This document shows positions 12,979 to 24,536 of a DNA stretch of 64,000 nt, piece after piece; positions within the stretch are counted from its first letter, which is position 1, and every line of letters starts with the position of its first letter. The stretch comes from Fimicolochytrium jonesii. Its lineage: Eukaryota. Both the position numbers and the translations under genes were made by a program. Under the pieces are notes generated by a model that saw nothing but the letters and a program-made list of their open reading frames with translations, searched no databases and had not been told where the DNA came from. The stretch is from contig NW_026515668.1 of assembly GCF_025526975.1 (NCBI RefSeq), forward strand, positions 1,922,001-1,986,000, given 5' to 3'.

Positions 12979-15927
12979 ATGGAAAGCGTCGTCCCGCCGC
13001 CTGCGGAAAGCGCCGAGGAAATAGCATCACACCAGCCGCGTCTTCCAACGTCGGTGTCCAGAGACTCCCTGATCGACTCGTACACTACCGATGAAGGTAG
13101 CATAGGCGCAGCCTCAGATGCAGATGACGACGACGAGGATGGGGAGGTCGACCGGGAACTAGCCGAGGAATGGACAGAGATCGAAGACACTCTCCGGTCT
13201 CTCACTTCCATCACGGCCAACTGGAGAAGTACACCTTCTCTTGGCAAAACGCTCAAAGCCGCCGCCGCCACTTCCAACGCAGACCGCCCGAATTCGCCGG
13301 CAGTCCTCGGGCTATCAAAGAGCACAACGGCACTGCCAACTCCACCTCGCTCTCCTGGCTCTGGGTCCGTATCCTCAGTTTCCAAGGCAGCCCACAACAC
13401 CGATCGCGATTCTATCACCTCTGGAAGCACGAGTACGACGAGACTGTCTGCCACCCTCGAGGAACTCAAAGCGATCAATGCACGAGTGCGTGGCATCAAC
13501 GCTAGTCACAGACTTTCCGACGCATCGTCCATCGCCAGTTCCGCTCATACCGCCTTCAACGGTGACGATAATGATAATTCCCATGTCGGACATCCCCTCA
13601 GCCACCCCACGCCGCTTCACCACAGCCAAAATCATCAACACCATCAACATCCATACAACAACGCCTTCAAAAGCCCCGCATCGCCATCCATCCCCGAAGA
13701 CCAACCTATGCAGGTCCTCCGCCAGATTCAGATACACCAGCGCAGCGGCAGTCACTCCAGCGAAGCCACCGCCACGAGCTTACTAGAGGACATTGCTAAG
13801 CGAGGCAGTGCAGGCACGTTTGGCTCGTTCACCAGAAAGTTCAAAGCGGGACCTGGAATGGCGCGAGAGTCGTCCGCCCGTGGAAGCGGCGGCGTTAGCA
13901 TTGTCAGCAGTGGGCATAGCCATACGGGCGCGGCGAGGGTGTCGAGCACCTCCTCGGCCTCTACGGGGCACACTTGTCGGAACTCGAGGGAGATGAGTGG
14001 GGCTTTGGGAGATCAACCACGGCAATTGGCAGCGAACCACAGAAGAACGGGGTCATATTCGACAGCAAATGAACATGCAGTTCTGCACACTGCGGCACCA
14101 CCCTCCGCATCGTCAGAAGGCAGATCGGGTCCTCCAAACATACCTCTCCCGTCGCCAGCGCCGGCGCCAGCGGCACCTTCGGAAATCAACAGCAGCACGC
14201 GGCTATCCTCAACAGATAAAGCCCCCTCACAGCGCGAGCTGCCACCACCCACACCCATGCCAACAACCCCAGCCGACCAACCCGCCTCCACCGGCATCAC
14301 CCGCCGCAACACAACAACAACATCCACCCAGCCGCAACGTACCCACCACCGCACAGCCAGCACCTTCAGCGCGTCCTACACCCCCGTCATGGACCTCATC
14401 ACCACCGCCCTCCCGGCCCTCGACACCCGCTACAGCGGCTACCTCCACGCCACCAAAACAAAACCCGGTGCATTCTTCCGATTCTGGAAACGGAGGTACT
14501 GCGTCCTTACACCCCAATCGGCGTATATCTACCGTGAGCAGCCTTCACCCTCTGCTATGATGGTTGTCACCACTGGCGCGAATCACACTGCGAGTGCGAG
14601 TGGGAAGGGGAAAGATAGTCAACCCCCCCGCTACGTCCTCTTAATAAACACCAAAGCCGAGCTCCGCATAACCACCCGCGACGGACCCGGCGGCGCGCGC
14701 AAAAAAACAGAGGTGGGCTTCAGTCTCCGCTCAATCATCCCCGGCCCGGCGAATAAAGAGAAGACGATGTATTTTTCGACGGATGATTTGGGCTGGATCC
14801 ATGCGGTTGAGGGCATCCTTGCGGAGATGCGGGAGAGCGCGAAGGTGCCGCCTGTGCCGCGTGTGAGGGATTCGGTTAGGTCGACGGTGTCGAATGCGAC
14901 CATCGTGCCGGCTAAGGTTGCGCCGCCTTTGCCTTCACCTACCACCACCAACAGCAATAATAATACAGCGGTAAATGCGCCGGCAACAACGCCATCACAG
15001 ACCTCATACCCCCGCTCGATCCTCCGCACACAGAGCAGCAGCGCCGCCCGCAGGGCCGCACACGACAGCGCAACGTCGTTGAGCACGGTTGCGTCGACTG
15101 TGACGGATGCTTCGAGGCCGTTTTCGGCGTCTACGCAGAGTTTGCAATCACCTTTGCAGCCTCCCCAACACCATCAACAACAGCAACATTCGATTTACGC
15201 CCTCCCCAACAGATCAAACTACTCCGCCCCCGCCCTTCCCCTCCAAAACCAGCACCCGACACATCTGAACCGCATCCTCTCCCCGCAACCCATCGAGCCC
15301 GTCCCCGTCGCGCGTCGACGGGGCAACAGCATACATCATAGTGCACACCTCGACCCAAGCGCGTATGGCCGCCGCGCATCACAGACATCGACGGTATCGG
15401 ACGCCTCGGCGATGCAGGAGGAGAGACGGGGTAGTACCGCCACAACCAACACCTACGTCAACCCTCCGCATGATATCAACACTGGGCTGAGGCCGATGGG
15501 GCAGTATGTCGGAACGGCGCATGCGCAGTCGACCCCGCATTTGCCGGGTGGCTATCACCGGGGGAGTTCAAATGTGAACGGGAGTGTGGGTCAGAGGGGA
15601 CAGTTGCAGCTGACACGCGCACCCTCGGACGCCTCCGGCATGCGCAGCCGCCGGAGGGATACGCCGGTTGTGGGGTGGAGGGTTGCGGAGGGGTATGGGG
15701 CTATGCCCGGCATGCCCAATCCTTCCGATGTTCCTATATCCTCCGGGGTGAATGGGACGGGGGAGCAGGGAGAGCGGACGCTACGACAGGCCAAGTCGGC
15801 GACGGATTTGTATAGAGGACGGCCGAGTTGGGAGAGGGTCGGGGGGATGATGCCGCCGATGCCGGGGAGGGACGGGCAGCAGGGGGACCGGCAGGGGAGG
15901 AGGGGTGGTGTGGCGGTTTTCGATTAG
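12979..15927 (+). CDS. 982-aa low-complexity protein with a central PH domain
   Basis: Long ORF; YSGYLHATKTKPGAFFRFWKRRYCVLTPQSAYIY ... WIHAVEGIL is a PH-domain pattern. Confidence 0.8.
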   Translation: MESVVPPPAESAEEIASHQPRLPTSVSRDSLIDSYTTDEGSIGAASDADDDDEDGEVDRELAEEWTEIEDTLRSLTSITANWRSTPSLGKTLKAAAATSNADRPNSPAVLGLSKSTTALPTPPRSPGSGSVSSVSKAAHNTDRDSITSGSTSTTRLSATLEELKAINARVRGINASHRLSDASSIASSAHTAFNGDDNDNSHVGHPLSHPTPLHHSQNHQHHQHPYNNAFKSPASPSIPEDQPMQVLRQIQIHQRSGSHSSEATATSLLEDIAKRGSAGTFGSFTRKFKAGPGMARESSARGSGGVSIVSSGHSHTGAARVSSTSSASTGHTCRNSREMSGALGDQPRQLAANHRRTGSYSTANEHAVLHTAAPPSASSEGRSGPPNIPLPSPAPAPAAPSEINSSTRLSSTDKAPSQRELPPPTPMPTTPADQPASTGITRRNTTTTSTQPQRTHHRTASTFSASYTPVMDLITTALPALDTRYSGYLHATKTKPGAFFRFWKRRYCVLTPQSAYIYREQPSPSAMMVVTTGANHTASASGKGKDSQPPRYVLLINTKAELRITTRDGPGGARKKTEVGFSLRSIIPGPANKEKTMYFSTDDLGWIHAVEGILAEMRESAKVPPVPRVRDSVRSTVSNATIVPAKVAPPLPSPTTTNSNNNTAVNAPATTPSQTSYPRSILRTQSSSAARRAAHDSATSLSTVASTVTDASRPFSASTQSLQSPLQPPQHHQQQQHSIYALPNRSNYSAPALPLQNQHPTHLNRILSPQPIEPVPVARRRGNSIHHSAHLDPSAYGRRASQTSTVSDASAMQEERRGSTATTNTYVNPPHDINTGLRPMGQYVGTAHAQSTPHLPGGYHRGSSNVNGSVGQRGQLQLTRAPSDASGMRSRRRDTPVVGWRVAEGYGAMPGMPNPSDVPISSGVNGTGEQGERTLRQAKSATDLYRGRPSWERVGGMMPPMPGRDGQQGDRQGRRGGVAVFD

Positions 15928-16579
15928 GGGCTGGACTTACGGACCGCTGGTGGTCGTACGCACCGACGTAGTCACTGGGCATGACTGGACCGAACTGCAA
16001 CGGCATCGCCGTACCGCGGATGGCCGCGACCGCCACGGTATAGCCATCATACCGCTGAACACGCACATCGACGATACGAATTTTGTGCCCCGCAAAAACA
16101 GCACGGACATGCACTCCGGACATTTCATCCCCCACCTCCCCCCGTTGCTTCACGGCGTACGATTTGAGCAAGGCAGGCCCTTGCTCGTTTTCAAAACTTT
16201 GTTTCGTGACATTTCCTTTTTTTTTCTTTAGAGACGATGACATTCTTTTACCCTTTACCCCTTTCTACGTAGTGTTCACGGTCCCCCTTTGTGTTTTCCT
16301 TTTGTTCTTTTTCCTGTTTTTCATTTCGCTGCCCGTTCATATAGATACCATTTCATTGCCCCAGCCCCCTTCTTAATTGTGTACATTTACATACATACAA
16401 TACATGTGCGTCATAGAGTAACCACGGGGGGGGGGGGGATGTCACAAGCTATTTGGTTGTGTGAGAATGGTCTTTAGGGAAGGGGGATGGGATACGCCGA
16501 TGAAAGATAGATTTCTGCCAACAGGAGCGCCGAGTCCGTACGTGCCGTCGAAAGTCAAGAGAGAGGGGCCGGAGAGGGG

Positions 16580-18415
16580 TCAATCGGAGACGGAGAGTAG
16601 CAGAGCTTTGGCAGCCAACGCGTCCTCGTTATCCGCCGCCCCATCGTCGGCTGCCACCTGCTGCCGCACGGTAGTGCCTTGCCCCACCCCTCGCTTCCCA
16701 CTCACATCACCTAGCACTGCGAATAGCCGTTGCAAGCCCAAGTCGAGCAGCTCCGGCGACACTGTGAATATGATCCTGAACCAGCCGGGTTCGGCGCACT
16801 GAAAGGCTTCGCCAGGGAGGATGTAGAGGCCGTTCGCGAGGAGGAGTTCGGTTAACGGCCGCCAGAGCGGCATTGAGGCCGGCGCGTTTGTTTTGGTGTG
16901 GTAGGCCATTGCATAGGTTTTGAGATTCGCGCTGGAGGGGAGAAAGTCAGAAGGATGTATTACTCGTATGCGAGGCGGGGTGTATGTCTCAAAAACGGGT
17001 TCAACAAGCATGACGGAAGATCGCGAACTTACAAAACAAAGAACCCGGCCTGCGCAGGCACAAAGTCCACCCCATTCTCGGTCAGAACCTCCGCAACCCT
17101 CTCATAAGCCCTCCTCATCCTCCTCTGATTCTCAACCACGTACCCATCCACCCACTCCTCATCACCCAACAAATTCGCCAAGCTCGAGTCAACAAGGCTC
17201 GACACGTTCGTGAAAAAGGCGAAATCTGACATCCCTCTCAACACACGCTCGTTGCGGGAGGCGAAAACGCCGCAGCGGAGACCGTTGGCGCCAAAGTCTT
17301 TGGAAAAGGACCAGACTGTGTGGGTGTGCGTAGGGGAGGGGAGGTGCGGGAGGGCGTGCACGGATGTGAAAGGTTTTGCGGATGTGCCGTTGGTCGATTT
17401 GTCATCGGGATCTGTCCCGCCAAAGACGGACAGGGCGTAGATTTCGTCGACGATCACTTCGAGGTCCTTCGTCGCGGCCCAGGTTAGAAAGGACATCATT
17501 TCGTCCGCGCTGTATACTTTTGCTTGCGGGTTGCCTGGGTTTGTTAAAAGTAGGACTTTGACTTGAATGCCTTCTGCTACTGCTCTCGTGTACGCTTTTT
17601 CCAGATGGTCCACGCGGACGTCGAATCCCTCGGCGCTAGTTGTCGGCACAGGCACGATGCGGCCCTGTGCATAAGTCGTAACATCAAAATCGAACCCGCC
17701 GTAGTACGGTGACGGGATCATTATGCCGTCTCCCGGGTTGAGTAGCACCTGCGCGATGTTGCAGAGGACGGCGGTGCATCCCGCGTGCACGGTCAAGTGG
17801 TCGGCGTCGAGTGGGATGACCGGCCGCAGATGGCGGTTGAAGAAGGAGGCGATCTCGGTGCGGAGTCGGTGTGAGCCGGTTTTGGACCCGTATTTCAGGT
17901 CGTCGGCGGTCACTTTGCGAATCCCGGGTGAGTTGAGCTGTTCAACCAATAGAACCAGTGAGTGTACATCATCCAATCCAAAAAACGAACCCGATACACC
18001 ACCCGTCAAGCGATACCCTGTTCGCTCCGCTCGCGACAAGGATGTTGGACGAGAGATGAACGATGCAAGAATGACCTCGGCTCGCTCACGCTCGCCATCC
18101 TCAAACATTCCTGAGCCTAAGGCCCAAATCTCAAGCGTCCTCGCACCTCCGGCGCAATTGAGCTCGCTATCGCTCGGAACCTCAAGCATCCTTCGCTGGC
18201 CGCATCCGCGTTCGCTCTGGTCGCCCTCGCCATCTCGCACCACAGACCTTCTCCAACATCTCAGGAAACATCAGATGATTCTCCGCGGTGCCCAAATTAA
18301 CAATTCCTTGTGGGTTCTCAGTAGGGTGATAGGGGTTCTTGAGGAGCAAACGAAGGAGGTCCAAGACGATAGACTGAAGGCGTGCTGCCTCTTCTGCGAG
18401 GGCTGATGGCGGCAT
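16580..18415 (-). CDS. PLP-dependent class I/II aminotransferase, ACC-synthase-like (3 exons)
   Basis: NPQGIVNLGTAENHL, PSPYYGGF, LLTNPGNP, IVDEIYALSVF, WSFSKDFGANGLRCG (PLP lysine), EPGWFRIIF. Confidence 0.9.
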
Positions 18416-18775
18416 TTTGGGGTGGGATTGCGGACGGGTGGTTTGGACAAGGATAGAGGCGTGAGACTATGCTTTAGTATTCTTGTCCTATTGGCGTGGA
18501 ATGGGATCGTCAGAAGAGCGAAGGGGAGCGAACACGGCGCTGTGTGGATTCAAATTCAGCACAGGATAAGATGAACACGAAACACACAGAGGCCCCTCAG
18601 GCAGCCCCTCAGGCGCGGTTTGGCGATCGGCGCGACTGTTCCCGACGAGCACCTTGTCCCAGCCTTGTCCCAGACCGTGTCCACAGCCAATGTGGCAACG
18701 ACGTCAAGGCAGTCTCGCACACCGCTCACGCCGTTTGATGATGTATATCTAGCATCTGAGCTTGGCGAAAGGGAT

Positions 18776-18851
18776 TGTCTGATACTCTTTTCCATCTACA
18801 AAATGCTCACCCCTGTCTGATACTCTTTTCCATCTACAAAATGCTCACCCC
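18776..18851. repeat. Perfect 38-bp tandem duplication
   Basis: TGTCTGATACTCTTTTCCATCTACAAAATGCTCACCCC at 18776 and 18814. Confidence 0.95.
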
Positions 18852-18929
18852 CAACTACGCCGACTATAAAAGCCACCTGCTAGATCATTGTGAACGTATT
18901 CCATCGACTTCTACCTCTAATCCGTTCAT

Positions 18930-19378
18930 TCAGCACCTCAACAAGCCATTGAAGTTGCCAATAAATCCATTTGTGTTAACACGACTGGTCTTCCAGGTGC
19001 CGGCTCTGTTCTTGCATTGGCAGTAGAACACCCCTCCCGGTTGGTATGCGCAGTCTCTGCATGAGTTCTGGTATCCAGATCTGCCAGACCGATGGTATCA
19101 GAAAAGGAACTGTCTCTACAAGGAAAGAAACAATGAGTTTTCACTCACCCAGGGCTGACCAACACGCCGTTGGTGTTTCCCAAGCAGCTGGGAAGGTAGA
19201 TGGATGCGGCACGGTAGCTGCCGCCGTTGTTCTTGCATTCCGCGTCGAGGGTTTCACGGTACTGCGAGTTGAGTCTCACATTCCTGCAGGAGCCCAAGTA
19301 GCCGGACGCTCCGTGGGCGAAGCTGGGGAAGGCAACCAAGAAGGTGGCGACGAGGACGATGAGGTACTTGTACAACAT
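18930..19378 (-). CDS. Secreted cyanovirin-N homology (CVNH) lectin, 126 aa, exons 19378-19149 and 19080-18930
   Basis: Signal peptide, then two CVNH half-repeats: GYLGSCRNVRL...LDAECKN...CLGNTNGVL and GYQNSCRDC...CQCKN...FIGNFNGLL; TATA-like sequence near 19465. Confidence 0.88.
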
Positions 19379-20478
19379 CTTGCGATAATGGTGGTTCGGG
19401 AGAATCGGAGTGAAGAAAGAGGTGGAGAGACGGTGGACAGAGGGACGACCCGCCCCACCTTTTTATATCCGTGAGCTCTAACCTCATCCCGGAACTTTTT
19501 TTTTGGTGCTGCACAATGCAGAGGAAGCCTCCCATGCCTCCGCATGTGCCCCGAATCCCTTTAGTTCCCGGTGATCACGGTATGCAAGAAACGTTGAATA
19601 AACTTTAAGGGAAACGCGTACGCGTACATACAGTACGCGTCGTCGCCAGGTGCGCACAACACACTTCGGTTCCACTTCAGCACTTCATCCCTACAAGTTA
19701 CAACCGTGTATCAAGCCTCAGATCCGATCAAGCTAGGTGTCAGGGAAGTCGTTTGTGTCTGGTGGAAGCGCCTGTATCGCGGTCCCTCTCGCTCAGTGGT
19801 TGGCACTCGAAGGGTGGAAAGTTGAACCCCACCAGCATAGTGGAGAGGCATGGAGGCGATGCTTCCCTGAAAACGGCCGTCGTATCCCCAAACAGATGCA
19901 GGCAGCAAAAGCGACGCGGTAGCAAAGGTTAACAATACGCGTGCAAAACAGTCCCGCGTCACTTACATACGTGACAAAGCACATTACGTGAGCAGAATGA
20001 CAGCTGCCGACGAGGTCGAGAACCAACAACCGTGCATCGCAGACTCAGAACAGAAGATGCCTCGGAGATCGACTGCTGCTGTCCATGCGGGTCAGGAAAA
20101 CCATCCAAATTTCATGGATCTGTAGCCGTTTCGCCGGCTCAGAGACGGACCTCGGCAACGTACGGCTGCCGAGGTCAGTCTCTTATTGTTGTAGCTCGTT
20201 CCGCATTTGTGTGTTGCTTATTGCTGACTCTCTTGAAGTATCGATAGTCGCCTTCCGGCCCACTACCCAACGAAGGGAAGAAGGGAAGAGGCCTCCTTTT
20301 TAATGGACTCCAGTGTTATTCACGTGATGGCTTCCTCATTTGTTTTAGCTTGTTTTTCCCCGCCATCGGTCGCGTTCGACGAGCCGTAGATATATGTAGA
20401 ACCCACCACCTGCTTTCTTGCCGGCAGATGTCATTGTAACCCGCAAACACAACTCCCACCTTCCATACTCCACCAGCC

Positions 20479-20849
20479 ATGGTCAACGTCGACGAAGAGG
20501 TCGCTCAACTTCAAAAGGAAATCATCCGGCTCGGAACACCGCGCTCCGACGGAAAGGGCGTCGCGTCCGTCAAGTTCGGCACCCTCGTTAGGGACGACCA
20601 GTGTGCCAACATATGTATGTGAACAACGGCACGCTTGATCTTACCACCGTTGCTAGACTGTCGAAACTGACAATATATCTCTATGCATGTTGATTGTTCT
20701 CTTCTTGTCGTGGGAATCTAGTCGAAGCGATCGTGGGGACGTTGCGGGCAGCAAAAAAACGCGGGATTGTTACTTACGATGGGGAAATCTTATTGCAAGG
20801 TCCTCACGACAACGTCGATGTAGTGTTGCTGAAGGCACCTGGCGCTTGA
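20479..20849 (+). CDS. ABRACL: Costars family protein, 87 aa, exons 20479-20614 and 20722-20849
   Basis: MVNVDEEVAQLQKEIIRLG...VKFGTLVRDDQCANIFEAIVGTLRAAKKRGIVTYDGEILLQGPHDNVDVVLL. Confidence 0.93.
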
Positions 20850-21359
20850 GAAACCGAGACTGATTTCTGTAGGATGGCATAGAAAGCTTTCAATTGCGCG
20901 AGGCATCTTCTCCCTCAAGGACGCCATGGCGTGAGGCTGCGACCTGTGATAGACAGTACTTTGAGCGGAACCATACTCCAGGCGGCTGTTGAGCCTTGGT
21001 TCTTCATCACACACACACTCGTGCAGACAGTACGTCTCGCCCGTGCATATACAGTAGTAATATATACACCTGTGAGCTTCCTATTCCAACTCGCCACTGC
21101 GCCGAGAGAGACGGGTCCGACGAACGGATAAACCTGCTGCCGGATCAGAAGACTGAGCGCTCACATACGTCTTCGGCAAGCGTGTCGTCGGTCTTCCGCG
21201 CAGAATAAACAGACATCTCTTGTCGCAACCCCACGGCCTCTGCACACACGCAACGGCCACCCCAAGTATTGTAGTAGGATATGTGCGCCAGAGGCCGCTC
21301 TTCAAAACTGTTTCGTTACATTTTTTATATTTTCTCTTAAAAACAAACAATTGCCTACT

Positions 21360-22748
21360 TTAACTTGCTTCATCAACGTCAAAGACAGAGGGCTCCTCAT
21401 CGCTTTCCTCTCCCGCAACGCCAGCCTGACTCCACTCTTGCACCTTGCTGTTACGATCTGCGACAACAGCCTGCATGATTTCCTTTGTGATAGCAAAGCA
21501 GTTTGGGCACTTGCTCTGCTTGAACATCACTCGAACACTGCTGCGGTGACGGCAACAACCGCAGGAAAGGGGCTGGCAGGGGGTGTTATGACCAGCGTTG
21601 TCGCATGGGAATGCATATCGAGTAATGTCAACATGCTTTCCAACCTTGACTACGGTGTGGCCTTGTGCATTTGGGCGTTGCTGGGTGAGTGGGATGACTG
21701 CCTCGCCTAGCAGCAGGCCGTCAGGCCCTGCGGTGAAACGATACAACCGCGTGGTCACCGGATTCTTGCCAGCTGTCCTTGATTCCCTCTTGTAGGCTGG
21801 GCCGCCATGGTCTCTGTTGTAGACGATTATCTGGTCAAGAATGCTGAGAAGCTTATCCGCCTCAGCCTGAAGGTTGCACTCCTGGTCTTTGCGGAATTGG
21901 AACAACGACGTCCCGGCGTTTGCTCCCCGTAGCTTGCCTTGGCGAAGATTCAGTACTGCCGCTTCCTGAGCATCGGCTTCTTGGAGGGCAGCTTTGAACA
22001 TGACTTGCTGTTTGGCTTGATTCTGCTGCATCATCGGATGAATAAGGGGACGGATGACTGAATGCCAGAGTTCGATGGCCTCCTTGCTGAGATACCGGAA
22101 GTTGTTTTGGATCCATTTGTAAAGCGGGATGTTGTGCTCACGGTAGAAGCCCATGCGCCCAAGAATGCAAAGGATGATTGTCACGTAGTTCTTCTTCCCC
22201 GTTTGTATGAAGAACGGGAGGCTGCGAACAAGGAATTCCGCAAAGTGATCATAGCTGAGGGATGTGATAATCACTGGTGCGTCGAGCATGAGCGGTAGAT
22301 GCTCCTCAAAGGAGGTACGGATAACATTCCCGCCCCACTTGTAGTCAAGCGCCATTGGGGCTGTCGACGTTGGCATGTGAGCAAGCTGCCATGCCTGAAG
22401 TGCGAGAGACAGCAGGAGAACACGTTGAATGGGACGCAGATTGACCTGTGGACAAATGAGACCCGGAAACGCCGCTTCGTAAAGGATCTTAAGAAGGGGG
22501 AACCAGTGCCTGTATGCTGCTTCCTGCATGTTCAAGGCAATGTGAAACGATCCAGGCCAATCCAAGAATTTTGCGGAGTGTCGCTGCCCCTCCGCAGAGC
22601 TCGTGAGGAACTTAAGGGTTCCCATCCAGACGTAGAAGTCGCCGGATACAACGATTGGCGATTCATCAATATATAGCCGAAGTTTCGGGATGATTGTCTC
22701 CTGATAAAGCTTCGCCATATCCTCATCAAACTTCATCGGGTTGTCTTT
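21360..22748 (-). pseudogene. Transposase, C-terminal part (Academ/DUF6589-like motifs)
   Basis: VVSGDFYVW, WPGSFHIALNMQ, KKNY, SKEAIELWHSVIR and a C-terminal Cys cluster; joins the 36296-37819 part in frame. Confidence 0.75.
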
Positions 22749-22753
22749 GCTTG

Positions 22754-22973
22754 TGTAATGAGGTGCTGCAGGTGTCACCTTAGTGCGGGGAAGCGCGTAG
22801 GGCATGAGATCACGTGTAGCATAGATTATATTGGAGTTCTACGCTCTGGGGCGTCTCTCAAAGGGAAGAAAAGCCTTCGGGCGGCGCCCCAAGAGGTAGA
22901 AACTCTAGAATTCTTTCAATACATCGAAGCGGAGACAGAGCTAGCCTCTGGCAACGGACCTAGCATTATTACA
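22754..22973 (+). repeat. 5' LTR of element A (220 bp, lacking a 267-bp internal segment)
   Basis: Both ends match the 487-bp 3' LTR. Confidence 0.93.
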
Positions 22974-22984
22974 TGGTAGCACCA
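22974..22984 (+). promoter_or_regulatory. Primer-binding site of element A, initiator-Met-tRNA type
   Basis: TGGTAGCACC directly after the LTR, complementary to a ...GCUACCA tRNA 3' end. Confidence 0.7.
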
Positions 22985-23200
22985 CCCTTCAAGATCTCTC
23001 CGGCAACCTACGATGAGCAACTCTCAGGCGGGTGCTAATACCGCCGTCAGCTATGCGATAGTTAACAATGACCGCTTAGAGCTTGATCCATTTGAACACC
23101 CGCATCGAAGGGCGCAACTGCTCGACGGCAACCAACGTCAAGGCAACGGTCCCGCAGGGTGTAACCGCCCCTTGCACAGGCGCAGGGGGTTACCCCGTGG

Positions 23201-24536
23201 TTGCCACCTGGAAGGAGGCACTCCAGCTCACGCTCACCTCGTCGACGTCGGAGCCCGGAACCCCGACGCCGGAATCGGAAGCCAGAGCGATACAGGCGCG
23301 GACGACGAGGTCGCAGGAGCATCTCCCCACCCCGTCGAAGGAGCCGCTCAGCAAGCCGCTACCGCAGCCGCTCCCCGGCGAGGACCCGAAGCCGCTCCCC
23401 CATGCGGCGCAGGAGCTGTACCCCAGTCCGACAAGAGAACGGGCAGGCAACAATCCTCCAAATCCTAGCCCAGCTGGCAAACATCAACGCCCAACTCCAG
23501 CAGCGATTCGAGTGCCTGGAGAGGGACCGCCCAGATGACAGCCCCTTCGCTGGAGTACGGGTTAGCCGCAAGGACCATTTGGCGGCTAGCGAAGAGCGTA
23601 AGCGCAAGGCGGCTGCCGAGAAGGAGTTCTGAACCACCTTGGCTAAGATGCTGACCAACTTCAACGGTAAGGCTAACGGTAAAGACATGGTCGCCAAACT
23701 GGACAAGTTTGTCGACGCCCACCTACGCTATCTGGAAGCCACCGAATTCAGAACAGAGGACGGGGACGTGAAACACTTTGTAGCCCACTTGTCCGGAGAC
23801 GCCGCTGAGTGGTGGAAGCGCGAGGCTAGCTCCGGAGAGCCTCCCGCCACCCGGGAACGGTTCCTGAAGGCACTCAGGCGCAGGTTTTACACCGCCAACC
23901 TCCGTAATTCGCTCGAGGCGAAACTGGCCGCCCTGAAGTTCAAAGACAGCATGTCCGACTACGTTTTGGACTTCAACGCACTGACCACACAGATCGCTAT
24001 CCTCCCCAAAAAGGAGCATCTCACGCCGCGACAGCAACGTGAGTACTCCCTGAACGGGCTGACCTTCCACCAGGTCGGACGTCGCATCCGTGAGCAGTGT
24101 TACCAGTTCATCCTACAACAGGGCAATGAGGACGAAGACATCCCCATCAAGACCCTTCAGAAAGCCGCCCAGAGGGCCTTCCGTATCAGGGATTATGCCG
24201 ACCGGATCGCCCGCATTTCGGAAGACGGCAAATGGGTCCATCCCGCTACGGCCACTCAGGCCCAGGCTCGCGACAAGTGCGATACGCCCCGCACCTTCAA
24301 CTCCAACCGAGTACCCCTTGGAAAGGAGAAAAAAACTCAGCGAGGCGAATGTCACACTTGCGGCAGCAAGGACCACTACGCCCGAGCGTGCCCTAAGAAC
24401 CCGGACCGTCTCAAGATCTCAGCGGCGCCCGCCAATAGCCTTCGACGATGACAACGAGGAGTTCCATTCGGCCGCGGAAGAACCCCCGAGCCCCGCGTAC
24501 TCCGTCGACAGTCAGGATTTTCTCCCCAGGGCCTGA
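23201..24536 (+). pseudogene. gag of element A
   Basis: Gag core (HLSGDAAEWW...RRFY), zinc knuckle CHTCGSKDHYARAC; in-frame TGA at 23630. Confidence 0.85.

Noticed and set aside
22749..22805. ORF-track start MPYALPRTK for the 481-aa ORF
   Set aside because: These codons are LTR sequence; the true N-terminus lies at 37819.
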